DNA from: an uncultured Clostridia bacterium
GTDB taxonomy: Bacteria > Bacillota > Clostridia > TANB77 > CAG-508
Direction of reading: 5' to 3'
DNA: 64,000 nt
Assembly (NCBI GenBank): GCA_944388605.1
Contig: CALXJJ010000002.1
Span: forward strand, 17,274 to 81,273
Part shown: positions 19,954 through 29,139 of the stretch, piece by piece
Numbering within the stretch: the stretch's first letter is position 1
How the letters are laid out: each line of letters opens with the position of its first letter
Position numbers and translations under genes: made by a program
The notes under the pieces: model-generated
What the model was told of the DNA's origin: nothing
Seen by the model: only the letters and a program-made list of their open reading frames with translations
Databases searched by the model: none

Positions 19954-21123
19954 ATGGATAAAGAAGAAAATAAAATAGAAAAAAAATCAAAGGAAATAAC
20001 ATCAAAAGTAAAAAAAGAAAAAGAACCTACAGAGAAAGAAGAAATAGATGCAACAGAAAAATTAAATAGCATTATAGAAAAAGCCAAAAATAAAGGTAAA
20101 ATAACATATGGTGAATTAGCAACTGAATTAGATGATGCAAATGTAGAACAAATAGATAAGGTATTTGATGCTTTTGAAAATTTAGGAGTAGATATATTAA
20201 AAGATGAAATCATTGAGGAACCAGACATAGAAGACTTAGAGGAAGTAGAAGATATAAAAGTAGAAGATATAGATTTAACTAATATGGAAGGCATAAATAT
20301 TGACGATCCAGTAAGAATGTATTTAAGAGAGATAGGTAGGATTCCACTTCTTTCTTATGAGGAAGAATTAGAATTAGCAAAGCGCATTTTAGAAGGAGAT
20401 GAAGAAGCAAAGAAAAAACTTGCAGAATCTAATTTAAGATTAGTTGTTAGCATAGCAAAAAAGTATGTTGGAAGAGGAATGCTATTTTTAGATTTAATAC
20501 AAGAAGGAAATATGGGGCTAATAAAAGCAGTTGAAAAATTTGATTATACAAAAGGATATAAATTTAGTACTTATGCGACATGGTGGATCAGACAAGCAAT
20601 TACAAGAGCAATAGCAGATCAAGCAAGAACAATAAGAATACCTGTACACATGGTTGAAACAATTAATAAGTTAATACGTACTTCAAGACATTTATTACAA
20701 CAATTAGGACGTGAACCTACTCCTGAAGAAATAGCAGAAGAAATGGAAATTTCACCAGAAAAAGTAATGGAAATTCAAAAAATAGCGCAAGATCCAGTTT
20801 CATTAGAGACTCCAATTGGAGAAGAAGATGATAGTCACCTAGGTGATTTCATACAAGATGATGATAGTCCATCACCTCAAGATTCAGCATCTTACACGTT
20901 ATTAAAAGAACAATTAGAGGAAGTAATGAAAACATTAACTCCAAGAGAAGCAAAAGTATTGAAATTAAGATTTGGATTAGAAGATGGAAAAGCTCGAACA
21001 TTAGAAGAAGTTGGAAGAGAGTTTATGGTAACTAGAGAAAGAATAAGACAAATAGAAGCAAAAGCATTAAGAAAATTAAGACATCCTAGTAGGAGTAAAA
21101 AATTAAGAGATTATATGAATTAA
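19954..21123 (+). CDS. rpoD: RNA polymerase primary sigma factor (sigma-70/SigA)
   Basis: Regions 1.2-4.2 are conserved ([55 protein letters not shown]). AGGAGG SD before ATG 19954. Confidence 0.95.
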   Translation: MDKEENKIEKKSKEITSKVKKEKEPTEKEEIDATEKLNSIIEKAKNKGKITYGELATELDDANVEQIDKVFDAFENLGVDILKDEIIEEPDIEDLEEVEDIKVEDIDLTNMEGINIDDPVRMYLREIGRIPLLSYEEELELAKRILEGDEEAKKKLAESNLRLVVSIAKKYVGRGMLFLDLIQEGNMGLIKAVEKFDYTKGYKFSTYATWWIRQAITRAIADQARTIRIPVHMVETINKLIRTSRHLLQQLGREPTPEEIAEEMEISPEKVMEIQKIAQDPVSLETPIGEEDDSHLGDFIQDDDSPSPQDSASYTLLKEQLEEVMKTLTPREAKVLKLRFGLEDGKARTLEEVGREFMVTRERIRQIEAKALRKLRHPSRSKKLRDYMN

Positions 21124-21125
21124 AA

Positions 21126-21153
21126 AAAGCCAGCTAAAAGCTTGCTTTTTTTT
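21126..21153 (+). terminator. Rho-independent terminator after rpoD
   Basis: AAAGCCAGC-TAAAA-GCTTGCTTT followed by a T8 run. Confidence 0.75.
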
Positions 21154-21206
21154 CCAATTTATGTTAATATAATGTATATGAATAAATAAGGAAGGAGGAA
21201 TTGACA

Positions 21207-21476
21207 GTGGGAATATTAGCAACATTAAAAAATATACTAATAGATGAAGATATAAAAGAAGAAGATGAAGAAAACGAGCTACCAAGTGAATTAAAAGAAA
21301 GTTTAAATAATATAAATAATAATGCAAAGAAATATTTTGAAATAACAAATAAAAATTCAGAAAATAATAAAAATACTAAATTAGGAAACAAAATAGTAGA
21401 TAAAGTAAGTGTAAATCAGATAAAGAAACAAGGAAAAAGTATAGAAACTAGAATAGAAAAAGAACAAGAAAGATAA
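21207..21476 (+). CDS. Hypothetical Lys/Glu/Asn-rich protein
   Basis: ORF track 21201..21476. GTG 21207 follows GGAAGGAGG. Low-complexity charged sequence with no recognisable domain. Confidence 0.4.
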   Translation: MGILATLKNILIDEDIKEEDEENELPSELKESLNNINNNAKKYFEITNKNSENNKNTKLGNKIVDKVSVNQIKKQGKSIETRIEKEQER

Positions 21477-21548
21477 ATTAATAAAGAGATAGTATTAATA
21501 AAGATAATATCTCTTTATACAAAAGATAAAAAAACTTATAAATATATA

Positions 21549-21577
21549 TTGACAAAATAATAAAAAATCATTATAAT
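21549..21577 (+). promoter_or_regulatory. Consensus promoter for the tRNA gene
   Basis: TTGACA (21549-21554), 17-nt spacer, TATAAT (21572-21577), about 20 nt upstream of the tRNA 5-prime end. Confidence 0.7.
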
Positions 21578-21597
21578 AGTAATTGTTGAATTTACAT

Positions 21598-21674
21598 GGC
21601 GAGATAGCTCAGTTGGCTAGAGCAACTGGTTCATACCCAGTGGGTCGATGGTTCGAATCCATTTCTCGCTACCA
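21598..21674 (+). tRNA. tRNA with CAT anticodon (elongator Met type; Ile2-lysidine type not excluded)
   Basis: Cloverleaf read by eye: acceptor GGCGAGA/TCTCGCT, D arm GCTC-AGTTGGCTA-GAGC, anticodon arm ACTGG-TTCATAC-CCAGT, T arm GATGG-TTCGAAT-CCATT, encoded CCA. Confidence 0.85.
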
Positions 21675-21693
21675 AAAAATGCAGAATGGATAA

Positions 21694-21730
21694 AAATAGC
21701 ATATTTCTAAGGATAGAAGATATGCTATTT
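21694..21730 (+). terminator. Hairpin after the tRNA
   Basis: AAATAGCATA ... TATGCTATTT stem with an inner TTCT/AGAA pairing, followed by a T-rich tail. Confidence 0.55.
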
Positions 21731-21848
21731 TATTGTATAGGAAAAATCGACTTTTTATTTGAAATTTCAATATTTTTAACGATTTTTCCGTATACAACAA
21801 GGTTAGACTACATTGGGCTGTCCGAGCGAAGCGAGTGAAATACCTTTC

Positions 21849-22010
21849 TTATTGAATAGGAAAAATCGAGTTTTTCCTATTCAATAAGAAACAACATTGC
21901 ATAGAAAAATTGCTATGCAATTTTTCGCGTCGACAAATCTTTATGCTTCTTCGAGAACTTAAATATATATAGTTAAGTTAAAAAAGTAGAGAAAAGTTCT
22001 CGATTTGTTC
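21849..22010 (+). repeat. Family B intergenic repeat, copy B1
   Basis: CTTATTGAATAGGAAAAATCGAGTTTTTCCTATTCAATAAG...ATTGCATAGAAAAATTGCTATGCAAT...GCGTCGACAAATCTT...CGAGAACTTAAATATATATAGTTAAGTT...AAGTTCTCG. About 90% identical to 35593-35763. Confidence 0.85.
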
Positions 22011-22093
22011 TTTTTGGATTTTTAAATGTATTACATCAAATGTATTAAAAAAGTGAGTCCACTAAAACTGTATACTGTATTAGGAACAAATAA

Positions 22094-22124
22094 ATAGGTA
22101 GATTGTATTATACAATCTACCTAT
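22094..22124 (-). terminator. Hairpin terminator of ORF 22135..22359
   Basis: ATAGGTAGATTGTA-TTA-TACAATCTACCTAT, a 14-bp perfect stem 10 nt after the stop codon. Confidence 0.7.
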
Positions 22125-22134
22125 AACAAAGGGT

Positions 22135-22359
22135 TTATACTGCATCTTTTAGTAATGAAACGATAGTAAAGGCAACTACTCTCAAGGATGAAACAAGATT
22201 GTTTGGCAAGTCACGCCGTACTTGGTATTTAATCATAATGTTTTTAGTGTCATCATCAGTATTGGATAATACAAAAGACCCAATAACATTACCTGTTTCA
22301 GATGAGAGGATTACAAATTTACAGTTTCCTACATAGGTAATAATAAATTGTTGTAGCAT
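22135..22359 (-). CDS. Hypothetical orphan protein (74 aa)
   Basis: Intact ORF, GC-richer than its surroundings, with its own promoter, SD (GAAAGGGTG) and terminator. In-frame CGG at 22216-22218. No recognisable domain. Confidence 0.5.
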   Translation of the reverse strand: MLQQFIITYVGNCKFVILSSETGNVIGSFVLSNTDDDTKNIMIKYQVRRDLPNNLVSSLRVVAFTIVSLLKDAV

Positions 22360-22392
22360 AAATTAGCACCCTTTCTAAATATGATAATAATA

Positions 22393-22421
22393 TTTTAGCA
22401 TAGATTTACATAAAAATCAAA
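22393..22421 (-). promoter_or_regulatory. Promoter for ORF 22359..22135
   Basis: On the minus strand: TTGATT (22421-22416), 17-nt spacer, TAAAAT (22398-22393). Confidence 0.5.
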
Positions 22422-22530
22422 TATATTATGGAAATTTTAAAGTTATAAAAAATTCAAAATCCTATAAATAAAAAAATAGTGGAAAAATTTGTATTTTGTG
22501 ATATAATACTAAATAGGGGGGATTTTTATT

Positions 22531-23238
22531 ATGGCTAGTTTATATATTCATATGGCATTTAGTAAATTATTAAATGAAGAACTAAATTTAGATGAAGAAC
22601 AATTAATGGCAGGAACTTTAGTTGCTGATACTTGCCATTTTGATGAAGATAAATATAAAGAAAAATCACATTTTGGAAGTAGAATCAAGAAAGCTAATAC
22701 TATAATGTTTGCAAATAAATATAAAGAGCATATAAAAGATCCATTTATTTTAGGATATTTAGCACATTTATATATAGATGAATGTTTTTATGATGAGGTA
22801 ATTGGAGAAAATTATAAATTGATTTCTGGTAAGTCATATGTTGACCCTAATAGTATGTTTATAGATAAGAGAACAAATGAAGTAAAGAATTATAAAGAAG
22901 TATATATGGTAGATAATTTATATAGAGATTATGCACTTACAAGCTATCCAATTTACAAAAAATATAATTTGAAAAACGATATATGTTTAGATAATATAAA
23001 TAAAGTGGTTGAAGAGATAGATTATAACAAAATAGGAGAAATAAATAAAGAATTAGAAAAATACAAACCAGTACCAATAGAAGGGGAAACAAACTGTATT
23101 GATTTAAACAGTATAAATGAATTTTTAATAAAACATAAGAGGGACTTTTTAAAAAAATATAATGATTTTATAAGTGTTCAGAATAATAAATTAAAGAAAA
23201 AATCAATATTAGTAAAAGAACAAATCGGAAAGCATTAA
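22531..23238 (+). CDS. Hypothetical protein, possibly a zinc-dependent phospholipase C-like metal hydrolase
   Basis: His/Asp spacing IHMAF ... AGTLVADTCHF ... SHF ... GYLAHLYIDECF resembles the Zn_dep_PLPC family pattern (weak, judged by eye). GGGGG SD. The last 7 codons lie inside repeat A4. Confidence 0.4.
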   Translation: MASLYIHMAFSKLLNEELNLDEEQLMAGTLVADTCHFDEDKYKEKSHFGSRIKKANTIMFANKYKEHIKDPFILGYLAHLYIDECFYDEVIGENYKLISGKSYVDPNSMFIDKRTNEVKNYKEVYMVDNLYRDYALTSYPIYKKYNLKNDICLDNINKVVEEIDYNKIGEINKELEKYKPVPIEGETNCIDLNSINEFLIKHKRDFLKKYNDFISVQNNKLKKKSILVKEQIGKH

Positions 23239-23298
23239 AATTTGTGTGTAATAGACATTATATATGAAGAAAGGTCAGTATGATTTTCCTAATATATA
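23218..23298 (+). repeat. Family A repeat, copy A4 (internally deleted)
   Basis: GAACAAATCGGAAAGCATTAAAATTTGT is joined directly to the hairpin module GAAAGGTCAGTATGATTTTCCTAATATA. Confidence 0.7.
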
Positions 23299-23302
23299 AT
23301 AA

Positions 23303-23348
23303 TAAGAGTATATCGGAAAGTTTGCGCAAACTTTCCGATATACTCTTA
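23303..23348. terminator. 46-bp perfect palindrome / bidirectional terminator
   Basis: TAAGAGTATATCGGAAAGTTTGC|GCAAACTTTCCGATATACTCTTA between convergent ORFs. It overlaps the stop codon of 23346..23591. Confidence 0.7.
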
Positions 23349-23591
23349 TTCGATTTTTCTATCTTGTTTTTTATCAGAGTTACACATTCTTTCGTATTCT
23401 TTACATTTTATTTTGTAAGTTAATTGTTCATTTAAACTTCTGTAGTACATGTAAGTTTGCTCATATTGACTCATTGGATTAAACATAGGCGGTGTGTCAT
23501 ATGGATTACTTTCATAGTTAAAAGGATCATATGATTGATAGTTTCCCATATAATTGTTAGTATTAAAATCTCTATCCAAGATGAATATCAT
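23346..23591 (-). CDS. Hypothetical Tyr/Asn/Pro-rich small protein (spore-coat-like composition)
   Basis: 81 aa with native AT-rich codon usage. YQSYDPFNYESNPYDTPPMFNP is low-complexity. No assignable family. Confidence 0.45.
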   Translation of the reverse strand: MIFILDRDFNTNNYMGNYQSYDPFNYESNPYDTPPMFNPMSQYEQTYMYYRSLNEQLTYKIKCKEYERMCNSDKKQDRKIE

Positions 23592-23643
23592 TCCTTTCTG
23601 AGTATAAATTAGATTGAATTGAAATTCAAAACTTCTACTCTAA

Positions 23644-24717
23644 TTAACATATATGCAATATGCTTGTTAATAATGCTAAATCTAAATTGAAAAAATCAAA
23701 ACTAAGTAAAATACCAGTATAAATAATAGCAAAAATTCCATGAAGTACTTTACCAATAAAATATGGAAAAATAGATATATCTGTTTTAGAAATTATGCTG
23801 TATACTTGTAATAAAACAGATAATCCACCAAAACCAAGTAAAAAGCTGGAAATGCAAATACTTTGTGATAAACTTTTAATATGTAAATTAGATAAATTAC
23901 TAATACCGTTTGTTAATTCAAGAATTCCAGAAAAAATTGAACTTCCAACTTGAGAAGGATTTTCAATATTGAATAATTGTAAAATTGGTGAAATAGCATT
24001 TCCAAAAAAAGAAGTAATATGAGTTTGGTTTAATATTGATATTACTACAGAAAAAATTACAACAAAACCGCCTATCATTAAAATGGTAGAAATACTATTG
24101 GTAATACTAGTAGAAATTATTTCACCTAAATTAGAAAAAGTTACAGCCTGCTTTTTAGAATTAATTTTTTTACTGCAATGATGACTGTTTTTAGAATTTT
24201 TTTTCCAAAAAGACATTACAAATCCAACACTAATACATGCTAAAATATGAGTTAATAATAGTAAAACTCCTGTTCTTGTGTCACCAAATAACATACAGCC
24301 TACAGTTCCAATAATAAATAAAGGACCGGAATTGTTTGTAAATGAAACTAATCTTTCTGCTTCTTCTTTTGTACATATTCCTTCTTGTCTAAAATTGGAT
24401 ACAATTTTAGCTCCAACGGGATAACCACTAATTAGTCCCATAATAAAAGCATATGAACCTTCACCAGGAACATTAAATATTGGTTTCATTATTTTTTCAA
24501 AAATTTTACCTAATTTAGGAATTAGATTTGTATATCCTAAAAGTTCTGTAGCTATGAAAAAAGGAAATAGAGAAGGGACAACAGCTGTAGCCCATAAAGA
24601 TAGACCAGACTTAGCAGCAGATAAATTTCCTTTAGAGAAAATTACTAAACCAATAGTAAAAAGTAGAAAAATAATTGTAATAATGTTTCTCTTAATACGT
24701 ATAACAAAAAATTTCAA
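23644..24717 (-). CDS. ylbJ: Sporulation integral membrane protein YlbJ-like (nucleoside-recognition domain)
   Basis: 357 aa polytopic membrane protein. AAKSGLSLWATAVVPSLFPFFIATELL matches the YlbJ N-terminal signature. Confidence 0.75.
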   Translation of the reverse strand: MKFFVIRIKRNIITIIFLLFTIGLVIFSKGNLSAAKSGLSLWATAVVPSLFPFFIATELLGYTNLIPKLGKIFEKIMKPIFNVPGEGSYAFIMGLISGYPVGAKIVSNFRQEGICTKEEAERLVSFTNNSGPLFIIGTVGCMLFGDTRTGVLLLLTHILACISVGFVMSFWKKNSKNSHHCSKKINSKKQAVTFSNLGEIISTSITNSISTILMIGGFVVIFSVVISILNQTHITSFFGNAISPILQLFNIENPSQVGSSIFSGILELTNGISNLSNLHIKSLSQSICISSFLLGFGGLSVLLQVYSIISKTDISIFPYFIGKVLHGIFAIIYTGILLSFDFFNLDLALLTSILHIC

Positions 24718-24736
24718 AATAAATCACTTCCTGTTT

Positions 24737-25492
24737 TTAAAATATAAGTTCATTTAAAGTATGAAAACTATATCCATTGTATTTTAGGTAATTGATTACA
24801 TCTTGCAAAATTTCATCTGTTTTATTTACATATCCAGAATCATGCATTAAAATTACTAGTGTTCCTTTCCCTTTAGAGCTATTTTTTAGATTTTGCATTA
24901 ATTCGTAATTAGATAATTTATATGTAGAATCTTCTAAAGTACAATTCCAATCTATGAAATGATAATTAATGGAATTCAAATATTTACATGCTTTCTCTTT
25001 TTCATAATGATAATTATTACTAGAAAATCCATTTGGAAATCTAAATAACTTAGATGAATAATTTTTTTTGTTTATTGCCTTAGATATAATAAGATCAGTT
25101 TTTTCTATTTCTGATAAAAAAGTTTCTTCATCTTGATATAGAATATTGTTTTGATGAGAATATGTATGATTTGCAATAAAATTTCCCTCATTATAAGAGC
25201 GTTTTATAATATCTGGGTTAGCTTCTACATTTTTACCCACAACAAAAAAAGTGGCATTAATATTGTTGTTTTTCAATATATCCAAAATTTTAGGTGTTGT
25301 AGATTTAGTAGGACCGTCATCAAAAGTTAGATAAGCTTTTTTTTCTGTAGATTCATATTTAAGGTAAGGAATATCTTCATCAGAAGAACCGTTAACAAAA
25401 GAGTTTAATACAATAAATATTAAAATAATTATTAATATAAAAAAATATATATGTTTTTTAGAGAGTATAAATATAATTATAAAAACCTCCAT
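24737..25492 (-). CDS. Polysaccharide deacetylase family protein (PdaB-like)
   Basis: N-terminal TM segment, then NodB motifs TFDDGP, NHTYSH and LMHD. Confidence 0.8.
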   Translation of the reverse strand: MEVFIIIFILSKKHIYFFILIIILIFIVLNSFVNGSSDEDIPYLKYESTEKKAYLTFDDGPTKSTTPKILDILKNNNINATFFVVGKNVEANPDIIKRSYNEGNFIANHTYSHQNNILYQDEETFLSEIEKTDLIISKAINKKNYSSKLFRFPNGFSSNNYHYEKEKACKYLNSINYHFIDWNCTLEDSTYKLSNYELMQNLKNSSKGKGTLVILMHDSGYVNKTDEILQDVINYLKYNGYSFHTLNELIF

Positions 25493-25576
25493 CCACTTTA
25501 CTATTAATAAATAATTATGCTACAAATATATAAAAAATGAACAAAAGAAAAAATATCAAATATGGTGTTGCAATTG

Positions 25577-25634
25577 ATTTTGTCAATGGAAACAGAGATT
25601 TTTAGTCAAAAATCTCTGTTTCCATTGACAAAAT
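25577..25634. repeat. 27-bp perfect inverted repeat (4-nt loop) in a divergent promoter region
   Basis: ATTTTGTCAATGGAAACAGAGATTTTT-AGTC-AAAAATCTCTGTTTCCATTGACAAAAT. Each arm carries an outward-facing TTGACA. Confidence 0.85.
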
Positions 25635-25682
25635 AGAATAAATAACGATAGAATAGTAGTTAAATAAAAAGGGGAGGATAAT

Positions 25683-27065
25683 GTGGGAAGAATAAAATAT
25701 GTAATAGCATTAATATTAGCAAGATTAGCGATAATAGTACTAAAATTAATAAGAAGAGATGCAAGTTATTTTCCAGGTAAAATAGCAGTTACAATATGTC
25801 CAGACTTTTTAGGAAGAATTGGAAAACCAGAAATAATAATAGGTGTCACAGGAACAAATGGAAAAACAACAGTATGTAATATGATAAACGATATATTAAT
25901 AGAAAATGGATATGATGTTATAAATAATAGATTAGGTTCAAATGTGAATTCAGGAATAGCAACAACTTTTATATCTGGAGCAACAATAACAGGAAAATCT
26001 AAACATAAAATAGCTGTGCTTGAAATTGATGAAAGAAGTGCAAAAAAAATATATCCATATGTTAAGCCTAATTTTCTAGTTTGTACGAATTTATTTAGAG
26101 ATTCTATGAAAAGAAATGCACATACAGAATTTATATATAATATACTTACAGAAAATATACCAAAAGAGACTATGCTTATATTAAATGGAGATGACTTAAT
26201 TTCTGCGAATTTGGCACCAGAAAACAAAAGAGTTTATTTTGGAATAGATAGATTAGATACAGATACTGAAGAATCTCATAATATTGTAAAAGATATAATA
26301 TGTTGTCCGAAATGTAATACAGAATTAAAATATGATTATTATAGATATAATCATATAGGAAAAGCACATTGTCCTAATTGTGAGTTTGGTACACCAGAAA
26401 TAGATTACTTAGCAACAAAATTAGATTTTGAAGAAAAGAAATTAATAATAAATGAAAAAGGACAAGTTCAAGAGTATAAAATGATATCAGATAATATAAT
26501 TAATATATATAATATGATTGCAGTTGTTACAGTATTAAGAGAATTTGGAATAAGTAGTGCTATTTTGAAAAATAGCTTTGAAAGAATGAAAATAGTTGAA
26601 ACAAGATTTGAAGAAGAAACTATAAATAATATAAAAATTATAATGCAATTAGCAAAAGGTCAAAATCCTATTGCATGTTCAAGAGCATTTGAATATGTAT
26701 CAAAAATAAAAGGTAATAAAGTAGTTATAATTTTATTAGATGATTTACATGATGCTACAAATTCATCTGAATGTATAGCATGGTTATATGATACAGATTA
26801 TGAGTTTTTAAACAATGATAGTATAAAGCAAATTATTGTAGGTGGAGTAAGATGTATAGATGAAAAAATAAGGTTAGAATTAGCAGGAATTGAAGAAAAT
26901 AAAATATATTGCAGTAAAGATGAAATAGAAGCAGTTAAACAGATAGAATTAGAAAAAATAGATTCAGTATGTATATTATATGATTTGTATTCTATGAAAT
27001 TGAAAGAAAAAATAAAAAAACAAGTAGAAAATATAATAGAAGGGAATGAAAATAGTAATGAATAA
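25683..27065 (+). CDS. murT: Lipid II isoglutaminyl synthase subunit MurT (Mur ligase family)
   Basis: P-loop GVTGTNGKTT, Cys4 ribbon CPKCNTEL...HCPNC, DUF1727-like C-terminus. GTG start after GGGGAGG. Followed by gatD. Confidence 0.8.
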   Translation: MGRIKYVIALILARLAIIVLKLIRRDASYFPGKIAVTICPDFLGRIGKPEIIIGVTGTNGKTTVCNMINDILIENGYDVINNRLGSNVNSGIATTFISGATITGKSKHKIAVLEIDERSAKKIYPYVKPNFLVCTNLFRDSMKRNAHTEFIYNILTENIPKETMLILNGDDLISANLAPENKRVYFGIDRLDTDTEESHNIVKDIICCPKCNTELKYDYYRYNHIGKAHCPNCEFGTPEIDYLATKLDFEEKKLIINEKGQVQEYKMISDNIINIYNMIAVVTVLREFGISSAILKNSFERMKIVETRFEEETINNIKIIMQLAKGQNPIACSRAFEYVSKIKGNKVVIILLDDLHDATNSSECIAWLYDTDYEFLNNDSIKQIIVGGVRCIDEKIRLELAGIEENKIYCSKDEIEAVKQIELEKIDSVCILYDLYSMKLKEKIKKQVENIIEGNENSNE

Positions 27066-27762
27066 AATAAAAGTAGAAATTCTATTCCCAGAATTTTGTA
27101 ATTTATATGGCGATATTTTTAATATGAAATATTTACAAAAATGTTTGCTAGATGCAGAATTTATAAATACTTCTTTTCAAAAAATACCAAGATTTGTAGA
27201 AGAAGACATAACTTTAATATATATGGGTCCAATGACAGAAAATATGCAAGAAAAAGTTATAGATAAATTAACGCCATATACTAAAAAATTAAAAGAATTA
27301 ATAAATAATGGTACTATAATGTTATTTACAGGCAATAGTATGGAAATCTTAGGGGAATATATAGAAAAAGAAGATGGAAGTAAAATAACAGGTTTATCTA
27401 TAATACCAATTAATGCAAAAAGAGATATGATGAATAGATTTAATTGCTTATTTTTGGGAGAGAGAAAATCATATGAGATAGTAGGATTTAAGAGTCAATT
27501 TACAATGTGTTATGGTAATAATGAAAATAACTATTTTGCAAAAAGTAAAAAGGGGATTGGATTAAATAGAAATAGCAAATTTGAGGGATATGAAGAGAAT
27601 AATTTTATAGGTACATATTTATTAGGTCCAATTTTAATTTTAAATCCTGAATTTACAAAAGAGATATTAATTAAGATGGGAGTTCAAGAACCAAAACTTG
27701 CTTTAGAAGATGATGTAATACAAGCATATAAACAAAGATTGGGAGAATTTAATTCAATATAA
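27046..27762 (+). CDS. gatD: Glutamine amidotransferase GatD (CobB/CobQ-like, MurT partner)
   Basis: 238 aa. It overlaps the murT 3-prime end, and the N-terminal LFPEFCNLYGDIFN pattern is typical of GatD. The start may instead be ATG 27058. Confidence 0.7.
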   Translation: MKIVMNKIKVEILFPEFCNLYGDIFNMKYLQKCLLDAEFINTSFQKIPRFVEEDITLIYMGPMTENMQEKVIDKLTPYTKKLKELINNGTIMLFTGNSMEILGEYIEKEDGSKITGLSIIPINAKRDMMNRFNCLFLGERKSYEIVGFKSQFTMCYGNNENNYFAKSKKGIGLNRNSKFEGYEENNFIGTYLLGPILILNPEFTKEILIKMGVQEPKLALEDDVIQAYKQRLGEFNSI

Positions 27763-27775
27763 AAGATATATTGCT

Positions 27776-28441
27776 TTAAAGCAATATATCTTTTATTACT
27801 TCACTTGCTAATATTAAACCTGCACATCCTGGAACAAAACTTATACTAGATGGAGTAGAAGAATGGATAACAGGTTCCTCTTTTGAATATAATACTTTTA
27901 AATGTGATATTCCGATATTTCTAAGTTCTTTTCTTATTTTCTTAGCAAGGGGGCAAACTGAAGTCTTAGATATATCCGAAATTTCAAAAAGACAAGGATT
28001 TAACTTGTTGCCAGTTCCCATTGAAGAAAGAATAGGAATATTTTGGTTAACACAAGTTTGAATTAATAAAATTTTATCTGAAACTGAATCTATACAATCT
28101 ACTACATAATCATAATTTTTAATTATATAATCAGTATTTGTGTTAAAAAATATATTATAAGTATTAATATTTAAATTAGGATTTATTTTTAAGTATCTTT
28201 CTTTTGCAATATCTACTTTAAATTTACCAATAGTTGTGGTATCTGCTATTAATTGTCTATTTATATTAGTATCACTAATAATATCACCATCAATTAATGT
28301 TATATTGCCAATGCCAGCTCTTACAAGAGCTTCAGCACAATAAGAACCAACTCCACCAATACCAAATACTGCAATGGATGAGTTTTTTAATTTCTGAACA
28401 TTATCATTTCCAATAAGCATAATAGTTCTATCTAGCCACAT
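27776..28441 (-). CDS. tcdA: tRNA threonylcarbamoyladenosine dehydratase (ThiF/MoeB-family, TcdA-like)
   Basis: Rossmann motif VFGIGGVGSYCAEALVRAGIG.ITLIDGD....NINRQ is typical of the TcdA/CsdL subgroup. Confidence 0.75.
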   Translation of the reverse strand: MWLDRTIMLIGNDNVQKLKNSSIAVFGIGGVGSYCAEALVRAGIGNITLIDGDIISDTNINRQLIADTTTIGKFKVDIAKERYLKINPNLNINTYNIFFNTNTDYIIKNYDYVVDCIDSVSDKILLIQTCVNQNIPILSSMGTGNKLNPCLFEISDISKTSVCPLAKKIRKELRNIGISHLKVLYSKEEPVIHSSTPSSISFVPGCAGLILASEVIKDILL

Positions 28442-28533
28442 AAAAACACCTCTTTTAAATTATATCATGCCAATACTAAACTTGACAATATACAAAAAAA
28501 TATTATATATTAATACGTAAGAAAGGAGAAAGT

Positions 28534-29139
28534 ATGTTTGCATATATAAAAGGAATATTAGAAATAAAAACAACAGAATATGTTGTAATAGAAGTAAATG
28601 GAATAGGTTATAAAATCTTTATGTCAGAAATAGCGATAGATGAATTAGGGAATATAGGTGATAATGTAAAAATATATACATATTTAAAAGTAAAAGAAGA
28701 TGATATTAGTTTATTTGGATTTAAGACACAAGAAGAATTAAGAATGTTTGAATTGTTAGTTTCTGTAAGTGGTGTAGGTGCAAAAATTGCCATAAATATA
28801 TTAGCAAATATAACACCATCAAAATTTGCAATGGCAGTAATATCTGCAGATATAGCTAAACTAAAAAGTCTGCCAGGTATAGGCGCAAAATCAGCTCAAA
28901 GAATTATTTTAGAATTACAAGATAAAATAGATACTCAAGAAGCAGTAATAGAAAATAGAAAAAAGGAAAAAGTAAGTGGAGTTGTAGAAGAAAATACAAA
29001 AGTATCAGAAGCAATTGCAGCTTTGCAAGTATTAGGCTACACTCGTAAAGAAGTAGAAGAAGTATTGCTAGATATGGATAAGAGTAAGATGAGTGTTGAG
29101 GAGATTATTAAAGGGTGTTTGAAATCTTTAAGCCGTTAG
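28534..29139 (+). CDS. ruvA: Holliday junction branch migration complex subunit RuvA
   Basis: MFAYIKG.L........VIEVNGIGYKI, two HhH motifs (VSGVGAKIA, LPGIGAKSAQRI) and a C-terminal domain III. Confidence 0.9.
   Translation: MFAYIKGILEIKTTEYVVIEVNGIGYKIFMSEIAIDELGNIGDNVKIYTYLKVKEDDISLFGFKTQEELRMFELLVSVSGVGAKIAINILANITPSKFAMAVISADIAKLKSLPGIGAKSAQRIILELQDKIDTQEAVIENRKKEKVSGVVEENTKVSEAIAALQVLGYTRKEVEEVLLDMDKSKMSVEEIIKGCLKSLSR

Noticed and set aside
19908-20294. 128-aa Ser/Phe-rich ORF antisense to the rpoD 5-prime region, and the similar 162-aa ORF 45063..45551 antisense to grpE.
   Set aside because: These are low-complexity mirrors of the acidic/Lys-rich sense sequence. The sense genes are unambiguous.
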